This document shows, piece after piece, positions 38,215 through 45,440 of a stretch of 64,000 nt of DNA; position 1 is the stretch's first letter; every line of letters starts with the position of its first letter. A model generated the notes under the pieces. That model did no database searches. It was not told where the DNA came from and saw nothing but the letters and a program-made list of their open reading frames with translations. Where the stretch lies: assembly GCA_964544705.1 (NCBI GenBank), contig CAZJDA010000005.1, positions 76,661-140,660 on the forward strand, given 5' to 3'. Source of the DNA: an uncultured Bacteroidales bacterium (lineage in GTDB: Bacteria; Bacteroidota; Bacteroidia; Bacteroidales; CAZJDA01). The position numbers and the translations under genes are program-made.

Positions 38215-38459
38215 ATATAGAAAAGCCCTGTAAGGGCGCAACAACAAAGTCCTGGGCGAAGTCCGGGGGTAAATGAAAAGAAAATACACCCCGCCGACCT
38301 GGTGTTGTAATTTTGTTGTACACAATTTGCATCGGCGGGAATTGTATACAGTTAGCAACATATGTTCACCATACTCACCCGGTGAATTGTTCATAAAATG
38401 CTCAGCACTCAGCACATGTAAAATTTTTATTGCATTGGCTTGATATTCACCGGGTGACA
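38215..38459 (-). repeat. Inverted modular homologue of R1 copy b
   Basis: The reverse complement starts GTCACCCGGTGAATATCAAGCCAATGCAATAAAAATTT (near-identical to 6771-6808). It keeps the ATTCACCGGGTGA arm, the CCCGCCGA...TCGGCGGG stem and the CGCCCTTACAGGGCTTTT module, with divergent spacers. Confidence 0.75.
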
Positions 38460-38650
38460 TTTAATAAAGCCTACTGTTTCTTTAACTTTCATGTTTTGTT
38501 AAACCTGATGGCATATAATCCACTAAAATCTTAATTTTTTCTTCCTTTGTGAAGAAAATAAAGCTTTTTCGATTTCTAATGTTTAGTCCTGAAATAAATT
38601 TACTTTTTCTTTCCATTTTTTTTTGTAAACCTATACCAGGACGAGACAAA

Positions 38651-38686
38651 ATAAAAAAGGGAATGAAATATTTACTTCATTCCCTT
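38651..38686 (-). terminator. Rho-independent terminator after tRNA-Cys
   Basis: AAGGGAATGAA-(loop)-TTCATTCCCTT followed by a T-run on the minus strand. Confidence 0.7.
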
Positions 38687-38698
38687 TAGCGCTGTTAG

Positions 38699-38769
38699 AG
38701 GTCTCGAGCGGATTCGAACCGCTGTGAAAGGTTTTGCAGACCTCCGCCTAACCACTCGGCCACGAGACC
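38699..38769 (-). tRNA. tRNA-Cys (anticodon GCA)
   Basis: Minus-strand sequence is GGTCTCGTGGCCGAGTGGTTAGGCGGAGGTCTGCAAAACCTTTCACAGCGGTTCGAATCCGCTCGAGACCT. It has a 7-bp acceptor stem, the anticodon loop CTGCAAA and the T-loop GGTTCGAATCC. It was folded by hand. Confidence 0.85.
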
Positions 38770-39124
38770 ATTTGTATTATCGGTTTGCAAAAGTAATAAA
38801 TTTTATTGGTTTGCAAATAAGTGTTTCGATATTTTTTTTGGTGAAACCCTGCTGAAACATTTCTTGGTTAGAATCATTATACTCCCTGTGCTTTGCTTTG
38901 CAAATATTTGCATATCTCTTCCTGTGCATTGATCTTTTCTGCGCAAAACGTTGTTTTATAAGTCTCTTTGAATTTTTTGATACACACAACAAGCACTTTC
39001 CGCTAAAATTTATTAAAAATATCATTCGTTAACAATAATATAAAACTTAAAAGTAACACTTTTATTTATTTTTTCTTGAAAAGAAAAAAGATTATCTTTG
39101 AGATGTAGATTTAAAAAACCATTT

Positions 39125-39742
39125 ATGAAATATTTTAGATTTCTTTTTGTTTTCATATTCTTTTTAGGTTCACTTCCGAGTCTATTTAGCCAGGATGAAA
39201 TACTATTAATTAATGGTAAGTATATTGTAGGTGATGTTAAAGGAATCACGAATAATAATGTTTTTTATGAGCAATTCAAGAATGGTAAGTTCAAGTTAAA
39301 AAGATTATCCCGGTATGATGTTTACCAAGTAGATTTTGAAGATAGCGCCACAGTAGTAATATATGAAAAAAATGAAAGCGAAGGATTAAGCTTGGAAAAG
39401 ATGGATATGAAAAAATACATTATGGGTGAGATGGATGCTCGTAAAAATTATAAAGCGCCTATGGTAACAGTTGGAGGATTGGTAGCGGGAGCAGCCGGTG
39501 GGGCTGGCATTATTAACCCGTTTTATGGCACCTTAATTCCTGCAACGTATACAAGCGTTATTGGTATTAAGTCTGCAAAAATAAAAGAAGAAATGGTAAG
39601 CAATACAGAAATGATAAATAACAGGTATTTTAAATCTGGTTATCGTGATAGGGCTTCTAAGATAAAAACGAAAAATGCTATTATAGGGAGCGTAATTGGC
39701 TTTACAATAGCAGCTAGTTTGGTGGCGTTCTCTTCCAATTAA
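39125..39742 (+). CDS. Hypothetical secreted/membrane protein
   Basis: Signal peptide MKYFRFLFVFIFFLGSLPSLFSQ, with Gly-rich hydrophobic segments at the C-terminus. I prefer the ATG at 39125 over the track start at 39098. Confidence 0.5.
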   Translation: MKYFRFLFVFIFFLGSLPSLFSQDEILLINGKYIVGDVKGITNNNVFYEQFKNGKFKLKRLSRYDVYQVDFEDSATVVIYEKNESEGLSLEKMDMKKYIMGEMDARKNYKAPMVTVGGLVAGAAGGAGIINPFYGTLIPATYTSVIGIKSAKIKEEMVSNTEMINNRYFKSGYRDRASKIKTKNAIIGSVIGFTIAASLVAFSSN

Positions 39743-39747
39743 ATTCA

Positions 39748-41106
39748 TTACCAAAATTTATAACTAATACCACTGAAGACGCCAAAAGAATATGGCCGGT
39801 AATTATAGGTGTTTTCCTCGTTAATAGAAATAATGGAATATTTCACCGTAGGTTCAAGGGTCATCGAGATATTTTTGGTAAGCTTATATTCTACACCCAT
39901 TCCAGTAATAGTATTGTAGATATTTTGATTAATATTTTGTGTTTCGCCTATTTTATCCCTTTTGTTTTCTTCCTTTCTGTAAATATTATTTCCTACCAAG
40001 ATCCCGGCATTTACACCTCCAATAAAATTCAGGTCAATTTTTTTATCTATTAGCTTATATTTAGCAATAAGAGGCACTTCAACATATTCAAAGTTTTGGA
40101 TAATGTTGTCAACTTTTGCCTGGCCAGGTAAGCTTGATGTTTCGGGTTTAGGTTTTGAACCATCAGTTTCTTTAGATGATTTGATAATATCTTCACCAGC
40201 TTTCACTTCTCCGGCTGTTGTTGTGCCGGAGTAATTGTCATCCGTACCTTCATCACCACCATTATTTGGTGAAAATACGGGATTTTCATGATACATTTTT
40301 ACATTGTCAGACTCTTGCCCCAATTGAGCATAATACACTCCTGATTGTATTGATAACCTTTTATTAAATTGGTATCCTAAGTTCACACCGCCAGAGTATG
40401 TAAATATCCCTCTTTCGTCTGTAGTACTAACATTATTGTTATATATGGATGAATAGACAACCTCGGGATTAACATTTTGAGCAGTCCTATATGAATATAC
40501 AGGAGCAATATCGCCACCAAAAGACCAGGATTTCTTTTGTTGGTTACTTTTGTTGCTTTTTTCAACAGTTTCAAAAAAAGCATCGTTAGCAACGAAAGCA
40601 CTCTTTGATTCTTGTGATATTTTAGCTGATGTGGTTGGTATAGAATTGACCTTTTTCCCAACTATTTTTGCTAATGTAGTATCTTTATGGCTTTTTACAA
40701 GTGTTTTATTTTCTTTTTGTTGAATGGCCTTTTTATGTGTATGGGTGTTTTCAACTACATTCTCTATATTATTCTTGTTTGTTGTTAATGAGTATATCTT
40801 TTCTTTATTGGATTGAAAGTTATTTGGAGGTTTTTTCTTAAAATTATGGTTGTTATTTTTCTCCAAGTATGATAAGGCTGTACTTTCAGGGGCGTTAAAT
40901 CTATTTTTAGAAAGGAAATACCCGGCATTAAAAGCAATAAGAACGGCAATAGTAGCTGCAATAGCCCTAATATATGCAATTTTTTTCTTTTTGCTTTTAT
41001 ACTCCAAGTTTTCTTTGATAGATTCCCAAGCATCGATAGGTGGAGACTCCTTGAAATCACCTAAACCTTGTTGGAATATTTTATCAATACCAGTATATCT
41101 AGTCAT
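39748..41106 (-). CDS. Membrane-anchored protein downstream of the ECF sigma factor (anti-sigma-like N-terminus, C-terminal OMP beta-barrel-like domain)
   Basis: It overlaps the sigma gene by 4 nt and has a single TM (AIAATIAVLIAFNAGYFL). The C-terminus has alternating aromatic beta-strand patterns and ends in YKFW. Confidence 0.55.
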   Translation of the reverse strand: MTRYTGIDKIFQQGLGDFKESPPIDAWESIKENLEYKSKKKKIAYIRAIAATIAVLIAFNAGYFLSKNRFNAPESTALSYLEKNNNHNFKKKPPNNFQSNKEKIYSLTTNKNNIENVVENTHTHKKAIQQKENKTLVKSHKDTTLAKIVGKKVNSIPTTSAKISQESKSAFVANDAFFETVEKSNKSNQQKKSWSFGGDIAPVYSYRTAQNVNPEVVYSSIYNNNVSTTDERGIFTYSGGVNLGYQFNKRLSIQSGVYYAQLGQESDNVKMYHENPVFSPNNGGDEGTDDNYSGTTTAGEVKAGEDIIKSSKETDGSKPKPETSSLPGQAKVDNIIQNFEYVEVPLIAKYKLIDKKIDLNFIGGVNAGILVGNNIYRKEENKRDKIGETQNINQNIYNTITGMGVEYKLTKNISMTLEPTVKYSIISINEENTYNYRPYSFGVFSGISYKFW

Positions 41107-41708
41107 AATACCTTAATTTTTTCTTCTGCAACAAATGAGTATTTTTCTTTTACCTTTGCTTGTAAAATTTTCCTAGCTCTTGCCAAGTTAGATTTTGAAG
41201 TACCAACAGATATACCCAGTTTTTTACTAATTTCTTTATGTGAGTAGCCTTCAATGCTATATAAATTAAAAACAATCCTGTATTGTGGTGTAAGGCTTTT
41301 AATAATTTCCAATAAGTCTTTAGCATTCATGTCGCCTTCAATTTCCACGGGGTCCAGGTTGTTTAACGTGTTTGAATTTTGGTCATCAACTGTAAATAAA
41401 AGTTTCTTCTTCCTAAATTTTTCCAAAGCAGTATTAACAAAAATTTTCCTTAACCATCCTTCAAAATGCCCATTTCCATTGTATTGTGATATTTTCTCGA
41501 AACACTTAACAAAACCGTCTTGCAAGATATCTTGAGCTTCCGTATAATCTTTAGAATAATACAAGCAAACGCCAAACATCTTACCAGCAAACATCTCGTA
41601 CAAATTAGCTTGTGATGCCCTGTTATTTTTTTTGCATTTTTTAATAATATCATCCAGGTTGAAATTCTCTTCCAAAATAGCCGGTTTTTTTAAGATTATA
41701 TGCATCAC
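41103..41708 (-). CDS. ECF (sigma-70 family group 4) RNA polymerase sigma factor
   Basis: Region 2 is AQDILQDGFVKCFEK. Region 4 is EGYSHKEISKKLGISVGTSKSNLARARKIL. Confidence 0.85.
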   Translation of the reverse strand: MMHIILKKPAILEENFNLDDIIKKCKKNNRASQANLYEMFAGKMFGVCLYYSKDYTEAQDILQDGFVKCFEKISQYNGNGHFEGWLRKIFVNTALEKFRKKKLLFTVDDQNSNTLNNLDPVEIEGDMNAKDLLEIIKSLTPQYRIVFNLYSIEGYSHKEISKKLGISVGTSKSNLARARKILQAKVKEKYSFVAEEKIKVL

Positions 41709-41954
41709 GTAAGCAATGATGCATGAAAAATAAAAATGGTTGCGTCAAATTAATGAAATCTTACAAAAACAATCAATTACATAAAGCAAGTTTAATCAAC
41801 AATAATGCCAAATAAATCAATCGGTTTAATTCCTTTTGAAGCAACTTTTCCTATTATTAAAACATCTATTTATAGAAAACGTTTTTGTTTTACCAATATT
41901 TTTCCAGGTTTATTTTTTAAGTAGTTTTAATTAGTTATAGGGGCTAGCCGGCCC

Positions 41955-42929
41955 CTATATTTCTATAAAATTGTTTTTTACTGCAAACATAACAAGGTCT
42001 GCCGTGTTTTTAGAGTTTGTTTTACTTATTAAATTAGCCCTGTGTTTATCAACAGTACGATGACTTATAAACAAATGTTCGGCAATTTCATGATTGGAGA
42101 ACCCTTTACAAATCAACTCCAAGACTTCTTGTTCTCTTTTTGAGAGTTTGACAAAATCCGTTGAATGTTGTTTAATAAATTCTTCTTTTGTTTGCGATTG
42201 AATATCTGTTTGGTTAATAACATTAGCTACCAATTGCGGTTTTCCTTTGGTTTTTATGACACTACCTACCAATTCAAGGTCAATTTTTTTATGTTTTTTG
42301 GTTAATGAAGTAAAAGTAAATTGTATTGAATTTTGCAAAGATTTTATACTTCGTTTCATTTTCTCATCAATAGTCTTTTTATCTTCATTAGCTACGATAT
42401 CAATAAACCTCATTTCGGACAATTCTTCTTTGCTATAGCCTGTGATTTTAGAAAATTTGTTGTTCACGTATTCAAAATGGTCATCTCTGAGCACTATAGT
42501 ACCGGAGAAGGAATTGTCTACCAAGGCAAAAAAACGTTCATCATAGGTTTTTTCAAGTTTTTCTTTTTTTTCTAACCTGATATTGATAGCAGAAAGAAGC
42601 TCGTCAAAATCAAAAGGTTTTGTGATATAGTCATCTGCTCCCATTTGCATCCCGGTGCGAATGTCGTCTCTTTCCGTTTTAGCCGTGAGAAAGATAAAAG
42701 GTATGCTTACTGTTGCTGAGATCTCTTGAAGGGTTTTATATACTTCAAAGCCATCCATCTCGGGCATAGCAATATCACAAACTATCAAGTCAGGGATTTT
42801 TAGTAAAGCTTTCTGTACGCCAATGGTTCCATTTTCAGCCGTAAGTGTTTCAAAACCTTCTTCTTTTAAAAAATCGGAAGTGTTTTCCAAAAGGTCAATA
42901 TCGTCTTCTATGATGAGTATCTTTTTCAT
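41955..42929 (-). CDS. Response regulator REC-PAS-LuxR HTH
   Basis: LIVCDIAMPEMDG, a central PAS-like segment, and the C-terminal LSKREQEVLELICKGFSNHEIAEHLFISHRTVDKHRANL. Confidence 0.8.
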   Translation of the reverse strand: MKKILIIEDDIDLLENTSDFLKEEGFETLTAENGTIGVQKALLKIPDLIVCDIAMPEMDGFEVYKTLQEISATVSIPFIFLTAKTERDDIRTGMQMGADDYITKPFDFDELLSAINIRLEKKEKLEKTYDERFFALVDNSFSGTIVLRDDHFEYVNNKFSKITGYSKEELSEMRFIDIVANEDKKTIDEKMKRSIKSLQNSIQFTFTSLTKKHKKIDLELVGSVIKTKGKPQLVANVINQTDIQSQTKEEFIKQHSTDFVKLSKREQEVLELICKGFSNHEIAEHLFISHRTVDKHRANLISKTNSKNTADLVMFAVKNNFIEI

Positions 42930-43211
42930 AGGTCTTTTTCTTGCAGTTCAATGATGTTAAAATATCTTAATGTTTTTATACCGATTATTAATAGGTTCAT
43001 TGAATCGTTATTCAAATTTACTTATTTCTACTTATTATAAAGTTACGATTATAATAATCACAAAAATTGTATACCAAATTACAATCTTTTTTGTTAAAAG
43101 ACAATAAAAATGAGCAAAATAAAATAAAAAACAGAAGGCTGAATCTTTAAAAGCGTCTATTTTTCTTGATTACGTGAGGTTTATGTAGAAATTATATGAA
43201 CTTAAAAAATT

Positions 43212-45266
43212 TTATTGTAATTGCAGTGTTACCAATACGCTGGTTCCTTTACCTAACTCGCTGTGGATTTCTATTTTCCCGTCATGAAGGTCTACACATC
43301 TTTTAACTATGGACATTCCCAATCCTGTACCTTTTATATGGCCGGCATTTTTTGCCCTGTGGAAGGGTTCATAAATATTTTTCAGTTCTTCGTTCGAGAT
43401 TCCAATTCCCCGGTCTTTTATTAAGATTGAGGTTTTTCCACCGGGAGTATTGCTAACTGCAAAGTCAATAACTTTGTTGTTGAAAGAATATTTAACAGCA
43501 TTGGACAAAAGGTTGGTAAAAATATGCCTAAGTAGGTTGGTATCTATAACAACTTCACCAATATTCGTATTAATTGATGTATTAATCCTTACATCAGAGC
43601 CAAAAATAATTTGTGTTTCTTCAATAATTTGTTTGCAAAAGGCTTCAAAATGAGCACGTGACGGCCTATATTCCAATTTACCGCTTTGGTCTTTGCCCAT
43701 AAGTAGTACATTGTTTATAAGGCCATTAGTTTGCATAACGGCATTATAAATTTTTTGAAACAGCTTTTGTTTTTTTTCTTTTTCCCATTTCTCGTTAAAG
43801 CGGTCTAATAGTTGTACACTTGAAAGAATAACCGACATGGGCGTTTTAAATTCATGAGAAACTGTTGAAACAAAGTTGGATTTCAACTGGCTCAATTCTT
43901 TTTCTTTTTCTAAGGCTTTAGTAATTTCTCTTTCATACTTTTTTCTTTCTGTAATATCTCTTACAAAAGCTAAAATACAATCTTTGCCTTTATACTTATT
44001 TTTTGTAGCAATTACATCAACATCAACAATTTCCCCGTTTTTTTTCCTGTATCTTCTTTCTTGGATATATGCTCTACTAGAGGCGAGGACTTCTTGGATA
44101 TTTTTTTCAACCAATTTTATATTGCTCACAATAAGTTCGTCTATGGTCATTTTTCGCAATTCTTCCCAAGAATAACCAAAAAAACTTTGTGTAAATTTAT
44201 TGGCCAAGAGTATTTCTTTTGTATCGGGCTCAAAGAGGTAAACAGCTTCTGGAGCATTTTCAAAAAGGTCTCTAAATCTTTTTTCACTTTCTTGTACTTC
44301 CTTTTCGGCTTGTTTCCTGGCGGTAATATCTTCCATCATCACAACAATGAAGTCAGAAAAATTGGGATCATCGTATGAAATCATTGATACGGTAATCCTT
44401 CCCCATAGATGCTTTTTGTTCTTTTTTATAAACCTGCTTTCAAGGCAAAAATTCTCTTGTTTGTTCTTGATTAGCTTTTTTAAATTTAGAGCAATGGTTT
44501 CCCGGTCATTTTGATAAATAAAATCCTTGATCTCGTGTGCCCTTAACTCCTCAATCTTGTAACCAAGCATTGCCATAACGGCCTGGTTGCATGATAGAAG
44601 CACGTTGCGTAAACTAATAATCATGATGCCAATAGAAGATTGTTCAAAAATAGACCTGAATCTTTCTTCACTATTCCTAAGTTTTTTTTCGGTTTGCCTC
44701 CTTTCTGCAATTTCATCCTGGAGTTCTTCATTGGTTTTGAGCAATTCTACGGTTTCTTGCTGCACCATCAGGTCGAGTTTTGAATTTACTTCCAGTTCTT
44801 TCATTCGTGCATCAGCCATCTGGGAAATAAGTTCGCCGAAATGCTTTAGAAAATCTGTATTGGTTTCTAATTGTTGTTGAGTGAGGGGAATTGGATTTTT
44901 CTTTGTATTCGTTTGATTTTTCTTGTTCTTTATATAAAAATTACATTGATACAAAACAGCAATAATTCTATTTTGGAGTTTAACCGGTACGGCAAGAATA
45001 TTTTCACTATGATCTTTAATAAGTGTGCTTTTCTTTTTTATGTCAACATCCTGGACAATTCTTTTTAACAATTGCTTGGCACTATCCTTGTTTTTGTTTT
45101 GCTCTTCAAGAGAGTTATAGTAGTTATTGCTTAGATTTTCGAGGGTGAATTCATGGTTGGCATAATCGATAATACCTGTTGGTATCCCTGTTATTCGATA
45201 TATATCAGCTACAACTTTGCTTAGCTTATCTACATCAAGAAGGTATCTTAAATCTGTGTTAAACAT
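43212..45266 (-). CDS. Multi-PAS sensor histidine kinase (HisKA + HATPase_c), cytoplasmic
   Basis: H-box VSTVSHEFKTPMS, N-box NLLSNAVKYS, G1 DRGIGIS, G2 GTGLGMSIVK. Two PAS-like blocks lie upstream. Confidence 0.85.
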   Translation of the reverse strand: MFNTDLRYLLDVDKLSKVVADIYRITGIPTGIIDYANHEFTLENLSNNYYNSLEEQNKNKDSAKQLLKRIVQDVDIKKKSTLIKDHSENILAVPVKLQNRIIAVLYQCNFYIKNKKNQTNTKKNPIPLTQQQLETNTDFLKHFGELISQMADARMKELEVNSKLDLMVQQETVELLKTNEELQDEIAERRQTEKKLRNSEERFRSIFEQSSIGIMIISLRNVLLSCNQAVMAMLGYKIEELRAHEIKDFIYQNDRETIALNLKKLIKNKQENFCLESRFIKKNKKHLWGRITVSMISYDDPNFSDFIVVMMEDITARKQAEKEVQESEKRFRDLFENAPEAVYLFEPDTKEILLANKFTQSFFGYSWEELRKMTIDELIVSNIKLVEKNIQEVLASSRAYIQERRYRKKNGEIVDVDVIATKNKYKGKDCILAFVRDITERKKYEREITKALEKEKELSQLKSNFVSTVSHEFKTPMSVILSSVQLLDRFNEKWEKEKKQKLFQKIYNAVMQTNGLINNVLLMGKDQSGKLEYRPSRAHFEAFCKQIIEETQIIFGSDVRINTSINTNIGEVVIDTNLLRHIFTNLLSNAVKYSFNNKVIDFAVSNTPGGKTSILIKDRGIGISNEELKNIYEPFHRAKNAGHIKGTGLGMSIVKRCVDLHDGKIEIHSELGKGTSVLVTLQLQ

Positions 45267-45295
45267 ATAAAATCGCTATAGAAAAATATTGCTAC

Positions 45296-45440
45296 TGTCA
45301 TGTCATATATGAAATAGTAAGGAGACTCCTTCGTTCCCGCTCACAACGGGACAGGCTGTGCCTCCTCGGAGTGACGTCATTGCGAGCCGACAGCAGTCGG
45401 TGAAGCAATCTCCAGGCGTCACATTAGAATTGACATGACA
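45296..45440. repeat. GC-rich palindromic intergenic element with terminal inverted repeats
   Basis: TGTCATGTCA (45296-45305) and TGACATGACA (45431-45440) flank a core of about 125 nt with nested stems (for example GCCGAC-AGCA-GTCGGT). It abuts the stop codon of the upstream sensor gene. Confidence 0.65.

Noticed and set aside
38244-38275. GAAGTCCGGGGG string reminiscent of the RNase P RNA GAGGAAAGUCCGGGC motif.
   Set aside because: None of the other universally conserved RNase P blocks, nor a structure of 350-400 nt, is present around it. The string sits inside the repeat family.
38203-38460. Track ORF of 85 aa on the minus strand.
   Set aside because: It coincides with the inverted R1b repeat copy and is a translation artefact of repeat DNA.
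38777-39249. Track ORFs 38777-39025 and 39022-39249 on the minus strand, between tRNA-Cys and the 39125 gene.
   Set aside because: They give basic, low-complexity translations. The second is antisense to the signal-peptide region of the better-supported plus-strand gene. No motifs were recognised, and I treat the stretch as intergenic or promoter sequence.
41938-41958. Palindrome AGGGGC-TAGCCG-GCCCCT at the stop codon of the REC-PAS-LuxR gene, considered as a terminator.
   Set aside because: The stem is short, there is no following T-run on the minus strand, and it overlaps the stop codon. This is too weak to call.
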